The translations under genes were made by a program, and so were the position numbers. Below are positions 39,724 to 50,603 of a stretch of 64,000 bases of DNA, piece after piece. The first letter of the stretch is position 1. The number at the start of each line of letters is the position of its first letter. The stretch lies in NCBI GenBank assembly GCA_963662335.2, contig CAXXVD010000002.1, positions 384,001 to 448,000 on the forward strand, in the 5' to 3' direction. The notes below the pieces were generated by a model. The model saw nothing but the letters and a program-made list of their open reading frames with translations. It was not told where the DNA came from and did not search any database. Source of the DNA: Chloroflexota bacterium (GTDB taxonomy: Bacteria; Chloroflexota; UBA11872; VXOZ01).

Positions 39724-40992
39724 TCACATGGCCGCCAGGAGTTTCGCGCCGAAATCCGCCGGTTCGCTGCGTTCGATTATCAGGTCGGTCGCGTCGTGGA
39801 AGCGCATGAAGTCGCGCATGGCGCGGGCTACGGAAGCCGCCAGCCGTTGGCTGGGGCGGACGCCCGGCTCCAGGTACAGCGCTTTCACGCGGAGCAGGCC
39901 GGCCTTGCGCTCGACCTTGGGATCGAAGCGGCCCACCAGGCGGCCGCGGTCCAATATCGGCAGGCAAAAGTACCCCCAGACGCGCTTGGGCGCGGGCACG
40001 TAGCACTCGAGCGTCTGCCGGAACCGCCACACGGCGCGGTCGCGTCCCTTGGCCCAGAAGAGGCTATCGAACGGATTGAGAAACGTGGTCCGGCGCGGCC
40101 GGAGCGCGCCGTCCGCCGCCGCCTCCAACCGGGGCAGGTTATCGCGGTGCGCCAGGAGTTCGTGCGTCTCACGGTCGGCAAGCCGGCCTTCGATGCGTAC
40201 GAACGTGCCGTCCGCAATCAGCCTCTCCACCAACGGTTTCGCCTCGGTAGCCTTAAGGTGCAGATAGTTACCGACCTGATTCGGCGCGCAGACCCCTAGC
40301 GCCCGCATGGAAGTCGAGAGAAGTCGTCGCAGCGCCTCGTCCGCGGTTGGCTCTTGCGTATCGACCCACGCGGGCAGCAGGCGCTCTTTGCTGTCGTAGA
40401 TGCGTTGGAAATTGACCCGATTGGCAATTGCAAGTTCGCCCACGTCGTAGAGGTACTCAAGCGCGATCTTTGCGTCGTCCCAGTTCCACCACGAGCCCGG
40501 GGCGCGCTTGCCGGTGCGAAAGTCGGCGGGGCGGGCGGGGCCCGTTGCCTTCACTCTTGCAAGGATGGACTCGACCAGGCGCTGCTTCTCAGGATTGGCG
40601 GCCCAGCGCGTGTGCCACGTGCCATGACCCTCTCCGCGCCGCCGCATCTCAGGCAGGAAGCAGGCATATTCGGTCAGTGGGATGATGCAGGCCGCGTGCG
40701 CCCAGTACTCGAACAACCGGCGGGCATTGTCGGGCGAGGTGTTGCCGTCGTCGAAGAGAAGTTTGTCGAGCAGGGCGGTATCGTAGCGGCCCAGCCGGCT
40801 CCAGAGCGTGAGGTACTGCGCGCGGTTGACGACCTGGAGCGTGTCGATCTGCACCCAGCCGACGCGCTGCACGGCGGCGTAGACGTCCTCGATGGTTGGC
40901 CGGCTGCCCCGGCGCTGCGGCGCGTCCAGGCCTTGGGCGTGCAGAATGACCGCGCGCACGGCGGCGAGCGGAAACGGGGCCTGCGCGCTCAC
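39724..40992 (-). CDS. YcaQ/AlkZ family (HTH_42) DNA crosslink-repair glycosylase
   Basis: VQIDT (QxD), L.SRLG, FEYWAH, R.NFQR.Y, L.PFD, E.YVP..KR..GY..LPIL. Confidence 0.92.
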   Translation of the reverse strand: MSAQAPFPLAAVRAVILHAQGLDAPQRRGSRPTIEDVYAAVQRVGWVQIDTLQVVNRAQYLTLWSRLGRYDTALLDKLLFDDGNTSPDNARRLFEYWAHAACIIPLTEYACFLPEMRRRGEGHGTWHTRWAANPEKQRLVESILARVKATGPARPADFRTGKRAPGSWWNWDDAKIALEYLYDVGELAIANRVNFQRIYDSKERLLPAWVDTQEPTADEALRRLLSTSMRALGVCAPNQVGNYLHLKATEAKPLVERLIADGTFVRIEGRLADRETHELLAHRDNLPRLEAAADGALRPRRTTFLNPFDSLFWAKGRDRAVWRFRQTLECYVPAPKRVWGYFCLPILDRGRLVGRFDPKVERKAGLLRVKALYLEPGVRPSQRLAASVARAMRDFMRFHDATDLIIERSEPADFGAKLLAAM

Positions 40993-42749
40993 GGGCGCGG
41001 CGCCGTCTTGGGCTGCGGGCGCGCGGGCGCGTCCGTCGGCAGGCCATTGGTGGAACTTGCCGCCTCGCGCGCGTAGAGCGACAGCACGCCGCCCTCGTGC
41101 TTGCGCGCCGGCGGCTGCCAGCGGCTGCGGCGCGCGGCCAGGATTCTTTCAATCTCCTCTGGGGACTTGCGCTCGCCGTTCACGCCGACGATGTCCAACG
41201 AGCGCGCCGGCACGTCGATCGCGATCAGGTCGTCCCGCTCCACCAGCGCCAGCGGCCCGCCCAGGGCGGCTTCCGGCATCACGTGGCCGATCGCCGGGCC
41301 CTTGGCCGCGCCGGAGTAGCGCCCGTCGGTGATGATGGCGGTGCTGGCCTCCAGGTCGGGCCGCGCCGAAATGACGGTGGTGCAGAAGTACATCTCCGGC
41401 ATTCCCGACGAGCGCAGCCCCTCGTAGCGGATGACCATCACGTCGCCCGGTTTGATCTCGTCGTTCGTCACGCCCTCAATGGCGTCCTCTTCCCGGTCGT
41501 AGGGCACCGCGCGGCCGACCATCTGGTGGGTGCGCGGGTCGGCGGCCACGTGCTTCATCACCGCCCCTGCCGGCGCCAGGTTGCCGGTGAGCACGGCAAT
41601 CGTGCCGCCGGACTTGTAGGGCTTCTCAATCGGGTAGAGCACCTCTTCCTTGCGCACGCCGTGGTTGTCCAGGTAGCCGCCGATTTCGTCGAACCAGCCG
41701 CGCGCTGCCAGGTCTGCCAGGTTTTCGCCAAGGGTCTTGCCGGTGACCGTGAGGCAATCGAGGTGGAGAAAGTCCTTGACCTCATTCATCAGGGCCGGCA
41801 CGCCGCCGCAGTACCAGATGTATTCCACCGGATGCGTACCGTAGGTCTTCACGTCGGTGAGCACCGGCACCTTGCGGCCGATTTCGTCGAACTGCTGGGG
41901 GCGAATCTCAATGCCCACTTCCGCGGCAATTGCCGGCAGATGGATCAACAGATTGGTAGAGCCGCCGACCGCGGCGTGGAGCACCAAGGCATTGTGAAAG
42001 GCCGCCGGCGTCAGGATGTCGCGGGGCCGGAGGTTCCGTTCCAGCAGCGCCATCACCTGTTCGCCGGCGTCGCGGGCCATGCGGGTGAGTTCGCGCAAGG
42101 CCGCCGGAATGAGCGCGCTGCCCGGCAGCGCCAGACCCAGCGCTTCGGCAATCACTTGGTTGCTGCTGGCGGTGCCCATGAACTGGCAGGAACCCGGCGT
42201 GGGGCAGGCGTGCTTCTGCTTGGCAATAAGCTCTTCCTCGGTTATCTGGCCCTTGTCGCGCATGATGCCGAGCGGATACATAAGCTCGGAGGACATGTTG
42301 CAGGGGCCGTTGGTCTGCGTGCCGCCGGGGACGTGGATCGCCGGCAGGTTCACCCGCGCCATGGCCATCAGGTGGCCGGGCACGGCCTTGTCGGCGGTGG
42401 AGATGCAGACCATGGCGTCGTGGGGGTGCGCCAGCGCGTGGATCTCCGTCATGTAGCTGATGATGTCCCGCGAGGGCAGGCTGAACCTCATGCCGGAGTG
42501 GGCTTGGGCGACGCCATCGCAGATGTCGGTGCAGTAGAATTCGGCCGGCTTGCCGCCGCGGGTGTAGACGCCGAACTTGGCCTGCTCCACCAGATCGCCC
42601 AGGTGCACGCTGGACGGATGCGAGCAGCCGGTCACGCTCTCCACCAGCACCTGCGGCTTGCCCAGGTCGTCCACGGTCCAGTCCATGCCCATGCGCAGGG
42701 CGTCGCCCTGGCGGTTGAGGTTGCGTAATTCTTGGCTCCGCAACTCCAT
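40989..42749 (-). CDS. ilvD: dihydroxy-acid dehydratase, IlvD/Edd family
   Basis: CDG, SL.SR, DK..PG, G.CQFMGTA, GGSTN, GNLAP.GAV.K, RYEG...GMPEM, TDGRYSG. Confidence 0.85.
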   Translation of the reverse strand: MELRSQELRNLNRQGDALRMGMDWTVDDLGKPQVLVESVTGCSHPSSVHLGDLVEQAKFGVYTRGGKPAEFYCTDICDGVAQAHSGMRFSLPSRDIISYMTEIHALAHPHDAMVCISTADKAVPGHLMAMARVNLPAIHVPGGTQTNGPCNMSSELMYPLGIMRDKGQITEEELIAKQKHACPTPGSCQFMGTASSNQVIAEALGLALPGSALIPAALRELTRMARDAGEQVMALLERNLRPRDILTPAAFHNALVLHAAVGGSTNLLIHLPAIAAEVGIEIRPQQFDEIGRKVPVLTDVKTYGTHPVEYIWYCGGVPALMNEVKDFLHLDCLTVTGKTLGENLADLAARGWFDEIGGYLDNHGVRKEEVLYPIEKPYKSGGTIAVLTGNLAPAGAVMKHVAADPRTHQMVGRAVPYDREEDAIEGVTNDEIKPGDVMVIRYEGLRSSGMPEMYFCTTVISARPDLEASTAIITDGRYSGAAKGPAIGHVMPEAALGGPLALVERDDLIAIDVPARSLDIVGVNGERKSPEEIERILAARRSRWQPPARKHEGGVLSLYAREAASSTNGLPTDAPARPQPKTAPRP

Positions 42750-42980
42750 AGTCTTGATCCTCCCTCATCGATTTCCGGCGCATTCGCGTTTGCTGGTTGG
42801 CTGACGCTCTCTATTGTAGCGAAGTGCGGCTGGGAGAATCTGCAAGCGACCGTTCGCCACTGGTTGGGTGACGATGTGTCACACGGGTCTTGTGACCTTG
42901 ACACTGCTGCCGGTTCCTGAGAAAATCTAGGGTGTAGAAATCGGCGGGAACCGATTGTGGACGCCCCAAGTAGGGCAGAG

Positions 42981-43244
42981 ATGGCAGTTGGAGAGGAACA
43001 GCATCCGCGCGGCATGGCCGAGTATGCTACCAAAGGCGACTTGGAAGCTGGTTTGGAGCGGATGCAACACGCCATCGAGTTGCTGGCCGAAAAGTCGCAG
43101 GCCGACATGGCAAACCTGCGCGCCGATATGGCCGACCGGCACAATGCGATGATGCGGTGGATCATCGGGTTCATCGTAGCGGTGATCGTCATGCTGGCCG
43201 CGCTGGGCGTGTTCGAACGCATCATTCCACTTTTCACTGCTTAG
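42981..43244 (+). CDS. small coiled-coil protein with C-terminal TM (DUF1640-like)
   Basis: ATKGDL motif, heptad region, RWIIGF TM segment. Confidence 0.65.
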   Translation: MAVGEEQHPRGMAEYATKGDLEAGLERMQHAIELLAEKSQADMANLRADMADRHNAMMRWIIGFIVAVIVMLAALGVFERIIPLFTA

Positions 43245-43375
43245 CCAAGAGCGCGTCCGCGCCGCCCGCCCCAGCGTTTGCGAATCGGCCCTGCCGGTGC
43301 GCGGGCGGCCGGGATACGCATGGGTTTTCCATCCAGAGTCCACGGTGGCGGGCGGATAGAGGATGCGTACGCCGC

Positions 43376-44473
43376 ATGGGTGCAGCCACGGCGAGTGAAC
43401 GCGTACGCGCGGCAATCGCGGCCACGGGCCGCATCACGTTTGCCGAATTCATGGAGATTGCGCTCTACGCCCCGGGCGCGGGCTACTACACCACAGCTTC
43501 TCGCCGCTTTCGCGGGAATGACGCTCCGGCAAGCGACTACTACACCGCGCCGCAGCTTCACGGGGTCTTTGGCGCGTACCTGGCCCGCCACGTGGCACGC
43601 ATCTGGCGGGATCTCGGCGAACCTGAGCATTTCGACGTAGTCGAGATGGGCGCGGGACGCGGCATCTTGGCATGGGACGTGCTGCGCGGCCTGCGGGAGG
43701 CCGCGCCCCGCTGCTGGGAGCGCACGCGCTACCGCCTGGTGGAGCGCGGCCCGGGGCCGAACGCGGAAGAGTTGCAGGCTTTGGCGGCAGCCGCGGCGCA
43801 TCCCGTTGTCGTGTGCCGCGCGCTCGCCGGGCCGGTGGGCGGAGTCGTGCTCTCCAATGAGTTGCTGGACGCGCTGCCGGCGCATCGCGTGCGCGTGCGG
43901 AACGGGGCCTTGCAGGAACGCTACGTCACGCTGCGGGACGGCCGGCTGTGTGAGGAGTTTGACGCCCCGTCCTGCCCGGAACTCACCGCCTACGTCGCGC
44001 GAATGGGCATGCCGCCTGAGGGCTGGCAGGGCGAAATCTCACTCGCCGCCGTGGCGTGGCTCCAGCACGTGGCGCGGCTGCTGACGCGCGGCACAATCCT
44101 CACCATAGACTACGGCGCGGTGTGGGAGGAATTGTGCTCCCCCCGGCACGCCGGCGGCACGCTGGCCTGCTACTACCGCCACCGCGTGAGCACGGATCCG
44201 TATACACGCATCGGCAGCCAGGACATCACCGCCCACGTGAACTTCTCCGCGCTGATGGACGCCGGTACGCGCCTGGGTCTGCGCACGGAATCCTACCAAT
44301 CCCAGGCCGAATACTTGACGGAACTTGGCATTGGCGAGGAACTAACAGCGCTGGCGCGGCAGCCGGCCACGGCGGAATCGCAGCGCGCCAAGCGCGCCAT
44401 CACCGACCTCATCTGGCCCGACGGCCTCGGCGGCTTTCGCGTGTTGGCGCAGGGGAAGGGTGTGCTATACTAG
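43376..44473 (+). CDS. SAM-dependent methyltransferase, MidA/NDUFAF7 family
   Basis: ITFAEFM..ALY.P..GYY, E.GAG.G, SNELLDALP, IDYG, QDITAHVNF. Confidence 0.92.
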   Translation: MGAATASERVRAAIAATGRITFAEFMEIALYAPGAGYYTTASRRFRGNDAPASDYYTAPQLHGVFGAYLARHVARIWRDLGEPEHFDVVEMGAGRGILAWDVLRGLREAAPRCWERTRYRLVERGPGPNAEELQALAAAAAHPVVVCRALAGPVGGVVLSNELLDALPAHRVRVRNGALQERYVTLRDGRLCEEFDAPSCPELTAYVARMGMPPEGWQGEISLAAVAWLQHVARLLTRGTILTIDYGAVWEELCSPRHAGGTLACYYRHRVSTDPYTRIGSQDITAHVNFSALMDAGTRLGLRTESYQSQAEYLTELGIGEELTALARQPATAESQRAKRAITDLIWPDGLGGFRVLAQGKGVLY

Positions 44474-44637
44474 CCTGCGCTCGCTTTGGGTTGCGCCTGC
44501 CGCTGGCAGCGCCGGGCCGCAGCCGCGTCACCATGCGGCTATAGACGAGTGTGATGCGCGTCAGGCCGAAGCCCAGACCGCGACGCGCTAGGATTCGATC
44601 TCTCCCAGACAGCAACCGGAAGTAGGATTGCCTGCGA

Positions 44638-45924
44638 ATGGGCAAACTTGCCATAGCCGGCGGGACGCCGAGCGTTGCCGAGCCACTCGATACTCCTTGG
44701 CCGGTGCACGACGAGCGCGACCAGAGCGCGCTCGCGGACGTGCTCACGAGCCGGGCCTGGACGCGCTCCAAGGCGCAGGGCGCGGCGTCCTGGGTGTGGC
44801 GGTTCGAGGACGCCTTTGCCGCGTTTCAGGACGCGCGGCACGGGGTGGCGGTCGCCACCGGGTCGAGCGGCCTGGAGGTGGCCCTAAAGGCGGTTGGGGT
44901 TGAGCCCGGCGACGAAGTCATCATGCCGGCGGCCACGTGGATTACGGTGGCAACCGCGGTGATCGCCGTTGGCGCCGTGCCCGTGTTCGTTGACATCGAG
45001 CCCGGCACGTATAACATAGACGCCCGCAAAGTTGCCTCCGCCATCACGCCCAAGACGCGGGCGGTCATGTGCGTCCACAACGGCGGCCTGCCGGCCAACC
45101 TGGACGCGCTGCGCACACTGGCGGAAACGCATAGCATTGCGCTGGTCGGCGACTGCGCCCACGCCCACGGCAGCCAATGGCGCGGGCGCGGCGTGGGCGC
45201 GCTCGAGGACGTGGGCGTCTTCAGCTTTCAAGGCAGCAAGGTGTTGCCGCTCGGCGAGGGCGGCATGGCGCTCACCGACCGGGATGATCTGCAGGCGCGG
45301 TTGTTTGGGTATCAGCACGTGAACGGCATTGTGGGGCGCGCCAAGCCGGAGCGCTCGTTGCCCGCCACCAATCTGCGCATGTCCGAGTGGGTCGGGGCCC
45401 TGGGGCTTGTGGGACTGCAACGCCTGCCCGAGCAGATCGCGAATCGCGAGGCCAACGCCCGCTACCTGATGCAGGGATTGGCCGAAATACCGGGTGTAAC
45501 GAGTCTGGCTTGGGACCCGCGCGTGACGCGGTGGAGTTTCTACATCTGGCACTGGCGCTATACTCCGTCGGAGTTCGAGGGCATACACCGCGATACGGTT
45601 CTGGCCGCGCTCAAGGCCGAAGGCGTGCCGGCGAGCACGGGCCAGACCGCGCCGCTCTACCGGCATCCGGCGCTCACCGAGATGGATTGCGGGCGCGCGG
45701 GCTTCCCTTTCAACGCGCAGGTATACGGGCGGCAGATGGACTACGCCGCCTTTTCCTGCCCGGAAACGGAGCGCATCGCGGCAACGGAGGCGCTGGCGTT
45801 TTCGCACACGCTCTTCCTGGGGCCGCGGCGGCGCATGGACGTGATTCTTGACGCCGTGCGCAAGATTCGGGAAAATGTCGCTGAACTGCATGCTTGGGAG
45901 CGCGCCACCGCTTCACCTGCGTAA
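44638..45924 (+). CDS. DegT/DnrJ/EryC1/StrS family PLP aminotransferase
   Basis: FE..FA, GDEVI.P, DCAHAHG, FSFQGSK....GEGG. Confidence 0.93.
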   Translation: MGKLAIAGGTPSVAEPLDTPWPVHDERDQSALADVLTSRAWTRSKAQGAASWVWRFEDAFAAFQDARHGVAVATGSSGLEVALKAVGVEPGDEVIMPAATWITVATAVIAVGAVPVFVDIEPGTYNIDARKVASAITPKTRAVMCVHNGGLPANLDALRTLAETHSIALVGDCAHAHGSQWRGRGVGALEDVGVFSFQGSKVLPLGEGGMALTDRDDLQARLFGYQHVNGIVGRAKPERSLPATNLRMSEWVGALGLVGLQRLPEQIANREANARYLMQGLAEIPGVTSLAWDPRVTRWSFYIWHWRYTPSEFEGIHRDTVLAALKAEGVPASTGQTAPLYRHPALTEMDCGRAGFPFNAQVYGRQMDYAAFSCPETERIAATEALAFSHTLFLGPRRRMDVILDAVRKIRENVAELHAWERATASPA

Positions 45925-46072
45925 TGGCGCGCGTTTGTGGTACAAATGGATTCAGCAGGTATGCGGGTCGGATAGAGGCCGGGCTCCCGGTCCTCTGGTT
46001 GGACTTTTCCCCTTGCCGTCAGGCGTAGTGTAGTATAGGCGCGTTTGCAGCAAATCAAGTAGGTAGTGAACA

Positions 46073-48148
46073 TTGGCAAAACGGAAGCTCATCGTCGTCG
46101 AGTCGCCGACCAAGGCGCGGACGATCAAGAAATTCCTGGGCCGCAACGTCGCGGTTGAGTCCTCCATGGGCCACGTGCGGGATCTGCCCAAGAGCAAGCT
46201 GGGCGTGGAAGTCGAGGACGGCTTTGCGCCCTCATACGTCATTCCCCGCGACAAGAACGCGGTGGTCAAGAAACTGACCGAGCACGCCAGGAACGCCAGC
46301 GAAATCCTGCTCGCCACCGACCCGGACCGGGAGGGCGAGGCGATCGCCTGGCACCTGCTGGAGGCGCTGAAACGCCGCATGAAGAAGCAGGACCTGACCG
46401 CCCAGCGCGTCGTGTTTCATGAGATTACGAAAGACGCCGTGCGGCACGCCCTCGACGAACCCCGCGAAATTAACGACGACCTGGTGGATGCGCAGCAGGC
46501 GCGGCGCGTGCTCGACCGGCTGGTCGGCTACAAGATGAGCCCGTTCCTCTGGCGCAAGGTGCGCGGCGGGCTTTCGGCGGGGCGGGTGCAGTCGGTGGCG
46601 CTGCGCCTCATCGTCGACCGGGAGCGCGAAATCGAGGCGTTCACGCCGCAGGAGTACTGGTCGCTGCACGCCACATTGGCTAAACGGCCCGCCAAGCGCG
46701 AACGCGACCAATTCGATGCCGAACTGGTGCGGATACGGGGCAAGAAGCCGGAGATCAGCGACAAAGAGACCGCTGCCGGCATCGTCCAGGAGCTTGACGG
46801 CGCGGCGTGGCCGGTGAAGAAGATTGCCGTGCGTGAGCGGCGGCGGCGGCCCAGCGCGCCCTATACCACGAGCACGTTGCAGCAGGACGCTTCCGGCCGC
46901 CTGGGCTTTCGCGCCGGCCGCACCATGCGGCTGGCCCAGCAACTCTACGAGGGCATCGCCATCGGCGGCGAAGGCCAGGTGGGACTCATCACGTACATGC
47001 GCACCGACTCCGTGCAGGTCAGCGGCGAGGCGATCGCGCAGGCGCGGGAGTTCATCGTGGAAACCTATGGCGCGGACGAATTGCCAAAGTCGCCCCACCG
47101 CTACACCTCGCGGGTGAAGAACGCCCAGGAAGCGCACGAGGCGATCCGCCCCACCAGCGTCTACCGCACGCCGGAGCAGATGCGTGATTTCCTGGATAAG
47201 GACCAACTCAGGCTCTATACGCTCATTTGGCGGCGGTTCGTGGCCAGCCAGATGCGGCCGGCGCTGCTGGAGACCAGGTCGGTGGACGTCGTGCCTCAAC
47301 GCGGCGGCGCCGACCTGCCGTACCGCTTCCGGGCGTCGGCCACGCGGGTCAAGATTCCCGGCTTCTACCAGGTCTACCGCGCCGACGAGCAGGCGGACGA
47401 CGAGAAGAAGACCCTGCCGCCGCTGGCGGAGGGCGAGGACTTAGACCTGCGCAAGCTGTGGCCGGAGCAGCACTTCACCCAGCCGCCGCCACGGTATACA
47501 GAAGCGAGCTTGATTAGGTCGCTGGAAGAAGAGGGCATCGGCCGGCCGAGCACCTACGCGCCAATTCTCTCGGTAATCCAGGAGCGCGCCTACGTCGAGC
47601 GCGAGCGGCGCAGCCTCAAGCCCACCGAATTGGGCATGGTGGTGCGGGATATGCTGGTCAAGCACTTCCCCGACATCATCAAGACGGAGTTTACGGCGGC
47701 TATGGAGGAAGACCTGGACGCGATCTCCCGCGGCGAAAAGCGGTGGACGCCGGTGCTCGAAGAGTTCTACGGCGGCTTCAGCGCAGCGCTGGAGAAGGCG
47801 GACAAAGAGGCGGAGCGCGTAAAGGCGCCGGTGGAAGAAACGGGTGAAATGTGCGAGGAGTGCGGCAAGCCGCTTCTGCTCAAGGACGGGCGGTTTGGCA
47901 AGTTCATTGGCTGCAGCGGCTTTCCGCAATGCCGGAACACCAAGCCGTTCCTGGATACCATTGGCGTTGACTGTCCCAAGTGCGGCCAAGGGGAGATCGT
48001 GCGCAAACGCAACAAGCGGCGCAGCGTTTTCTATAGCTGCTCCCGCTATCCCGATTGCGACTACGCGAGTTCGCGTCCCCCATCGGCGCGCAAGGAACCT
48101 GCCGAGAAAGAAACCGCCAAGGAACCGGCGGAAGTAGCCGGGGTCTAG
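46073..48148 (+). CDS. topA: DNA topoisomerase I
   Basis: VESPTKA, DPDREGE, SAGRVQS, LITYMRTD, QEAHEAIRP, GIGRPSTY, two C-terminal Zn ribbons. Confidence 0.98.
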   Translation: MAKRKLIVVESPTKARTIKKFLGRNVAVESSMGHVRDLPKSKLGVEVEDGFAPSYVIPRDKNAVVKKLTEHARNASEILLATDPDREGEAIAWHLLEALKRRMKKQDLTAQRVVFHEITKDAVRHALDEPREINDDLVDAQQARRVLDRLVGYKMSPFLWRKVRGGLSAGRVQSVALRLIVDREREIEAFTPQEYWSLHATLAKRPAKRERDQFDAELVRIRGKKPEISDKETAAGIVQELDGAAWPVKKIAVRERRRRPSAPYTTSTLQQDASGRLGFRAGRTMRLAQQLYEGIAIGGEGQVGLITYMRTDSVQVSGEAIAQAREFIVETYGADELPKSPHRYTSRVKNAQEAHEAIRPTSVYRTPEQMRDFLDKDQLRLYTLIWRRFVASQMRPALLETRSVDVVPQRGGADLPYRFRASATRVKIPGFYQVYRADEQADDEKKTLPPLAEGEDLDLRKLWPEQHFTQPPPRYTEASLIRSLEEEGIGRPSTYAPILSVIQERAYVERERRSLKPTELGMVVRDMLVKHFPDIIKTEFTAAMEEDLDAISRGEKRWTPVLEEFYGGFSAALEKADKEAERVKAPVEETGEMCEECGKPLLLKDGRFGKFIGCSGFPQCRNTKPFLDTIGVDCPKCGQGEIVRKRNKRRSVFYSCSRYPDCDYASSRPPSARKEPAEKETAKEPAEVAGV

Positions 48149-48250
48149 GAGTACAGCGCGTTCACGTCCAGGGCCGGAGCGTTGGCAGCGCAGGTTGCAA
48201 ACCTGCGCTACCGGGGATAAGGGACGCTGTCGCTGTCCGCGCCTGGGCGC

Positions 48251-49288
48251 TCAATCCCAGGACAGATCGATCTCGTGCGCGGTCTCGATGAAGCGCCGCA
48301 CCAGATCGACCGTAGCCGCCACGTCTTGCTTGTGCACCATTTCGTTGACCGTGTGCACGTAGCGGGTCGGCGTGGAGATGGTGATGGCGGGCACGCCGTC
48401 GCGGGTGCGTTGGATCGCGCCGCCGTCGGTGCCGCCGCGCGGCAGGATTTCCATTTGGTAGGGGATGTCCTCTTTGTCGCAGACGGCGCGGCAGTGAGCC
48501 ACCAGGCGCGGGTCGCAGATCAGGGACGAATCCATGATCTTGATCGCCGTGCCGTTGCCGAGTTTCGAGACGCGGTCCGCTTCCGTGCCGCCGGGGATGT
48601 CCACCGCCAGCGTCGAGTCGAGCGCCAGGCCCACGTCGGGCGCAACGCCAAAAGCGGCCGTCGTCGCGCCGCGCAAGCCGACTTCCTCTTGCGAGGAGGC
48701 AACGGCGTAGACCTCCGCCGCGTGCTCGCCCAGGGCGCGCACGGCCTCGATCATGACGTAGACGCTCACCCGGTCGTCCATGGCGGGCCCGACCATCACG
48801 TCGCCCAGGTCGTTGCACGTGCGGTCGAACGTTATCGGCGTGCCCAGCGGCACAAGCTCCTTGGCGCGTTCGCCGGCAAGCCCCACGTCAACGAAGAGGT
48901 CGTCCAGCTTCAGGGCCTTGCCGCGTTCGGAGTCGTCCAGCAGGTGCGTGGGCTTGGTGGCCGGCATGAGCACGCCTGACAGTTCCTCTTTGCCGTGCAC
49001 GCGCACCCGCTGCGCCACCAGCGTGCGGGGGTCGAAGCCGCCCACGGGCTGGAGGCGAATGAAGCCCTCGTCGTCCACGTGCCGCGCCATGAAGCCAATC
49101 TGGTCCATGTGGGCGGAAATCATGACCCGGGGGCCGCCCTGCCCCCGGCGGTAGGCAATCAGGTTGCCCAGGGCGTCCACGCGCACGTCGGTGGCCAGCG
49201 GCGCCAACTCGGCGTGGATGACGCTGCGGATCGGCTCCTCCCGGCTGGCAATGCCCGGGGTCTCGCACAGTCGCTTCAAGAGTTCCAT
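48251..49288 (-). CDS. M42 family metallopeptidase
   Basis: SAHMD.IG, GG.DP, DDR, QEEVGLRGA, GGTD, RY.H. Confidence 0.93.
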   Translation of the reverse strand: MELLKRLCETPGIASREEPIRSVIHAELAPLATDVRVDALGNLIAYRRGQGGPRVMISAHMDQIGFMARHVDDEGFIRLQPVGGFDPRTLVAQRVRVHGKEELSGVLMPATKPTHLLDDSERGKALKLDDLFVDVGLAGERAKELVPLGTPITFDRTCNDLGDVMVGPAMDDRVSVYVMIEAVRALGEHAAEVYAVASSQEEVGLRGATTAAFGVAPDVGLALDSTLAVDIPGGTEADRVSKLGNGTAIKIMDSSLICDPRLVAHCRAVCDKEDIPYQMEILPRGGTDGGAIQRTRDGVPAITISTPTRYVHTVNEMVHKQDVAATVDLVRRFIETAHEIDLSWD

Positions 49289-49654
49289 AGGACTTTCGCG
49301 CTCCTTGCGTCTGAATACGGTGATTGGGTCGAACGGCTGCTAACTTTCCTATAGGATACCCGTTCCGGCGGCTGCGCGCTTTCGAACGATGCGCGGCGGT
49401 GGCGGCGCGGCCCTGGCTGCCGCGGTGACAATGCCGCGACGAGGCCTGTCATTCCCGCTTTCGCGGGAATGACGGAGGTCGTCGCGAGGGCGGAGGAAAC
49501 TACTGAGTTAGCGGTGAGCGGCGGGCATTCGGTATGATAGTCGCGTAACCCCCTGCACGAGACGAGAGATACCGCCATCGATTCCACAGCTTCCTCTCCG
49601 CTTGAGCCGCGCGACGCGGCGGCAGACGCGCCGTCGTCGTTCCGGCAGCGCTTT

Positions 49655-50599
49655 GTGAGTTTGCGGACGATATTCTCGTTTCTCATTGCGGCGGCGCTCT
49701 TGTTCGCGCTGTGGCGCCTGGCGGGCTTGGATTGGCGCGGCATTTGGTCTGAGATCCGGCAGATGGACCTGCGGCTCTTTCTGCTCGCGTTGGCGGTGTA
49801 CTTCACCACACTTCTGCCCCGCGCGGCGCGCTGGCGGCGGATGCTGCGCAACCTGGGGCACCGCGTGCCGCTGCGCCTGCTGGGCGAAGTGATTTTCCTT
49901 TCCTGGTTCATCAACCATCTCATTCCCGCCAAGATGGGGGACCTGTATCGTGGACTGATCTTGCGCCGCCGGGAGAGCATCTCCTTCGTGCTTGCCACCG
50001 GCAGCGTGGTGGCCGAGCGCATCATCGACGTGTTTGCGCTGCTTGTCTTGGCCGGGTGCGCCGCGTTCTTCTTTGCGCGGGGGGAGTTGTTGAGCGAAAT
50101 GCGGGGCGTGCTGTTCAGCGCGGGCGTATTGGTTGCGCTGGTGGCGGGCGGATTGCTGCTTGTCTGGCGGTTGGACAGCAGCCTCTTGGCGCGGTTGCCG
50201 CTCCTGCAGCGGAGTCAGCAGCGGCTGGGAGAGCGATTCGAGCGGCTCAGGCGCGGCATTTTCACGTCGGCGCGGCCGTTGTGGCTTATGGTTCTGCTCA
50301 CGGCGTTGGTATGGACGGCGGAAGCCGGGCGTTTCTTTCTGGTGGCGAACGCCGTGGGCGTGCCGCTGGCGCTGCCGCAACTGTTGTTCGTGTTCGCCGC
50401 CAGCGCGCTGCTGCTGGCCGTGCCGACGCCCGGCGGCCTGGGCGCGGTGGAAGGCGGCATGGTGGGCATGATGCTGCTGCTCGACGTGCCGGTTGACGTG
50501 GCCGCGGCGGCGGCGCTCCTCGACCGGCTTATATCCTACTGGCTCGTCTTGCTCAGCGGCGGCGTCTACTACTTCAGCCAGGCGCGCTTGCGCCTCTAG
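49655..50599 (+). CDS. lysylphosphatidylglycerol synthase TM-domain/flippase-like protein
   Basis: RA.RW, N...PA..GD..R, ER..D, PTPGGLG.VE, DR..SYW. Confidence 0.88.
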   Translation: MSLRTIFSFLIAAALLFALWRLAGLDWRGIWSEIRQMDLRLFLLALAVYFTTLLPRAARWRRMLRNLGHRVPLRLLGEVIFLSWFINHLIPAKMGDLYRGLILRRRESISFVLATGSVVAERIIDVFALLVLAGCAAFFFARGELLSEMRGVLFSAGVLVALVAGGLLLVWRLDSSLLARLPLLQRSQQRLGERFERLRRGIFTSARPLWLMVLLTALVWTAEAGRFFLVANAVGVPLALPQLLFVFAASALLLAVPTPGGLGAVEGGMVGMMLLLDVPVDVAAAAALLDRLISYWLVLLSGGVYYFSQARLRL

Positions 50600-50603
50600 G
50601 GCT

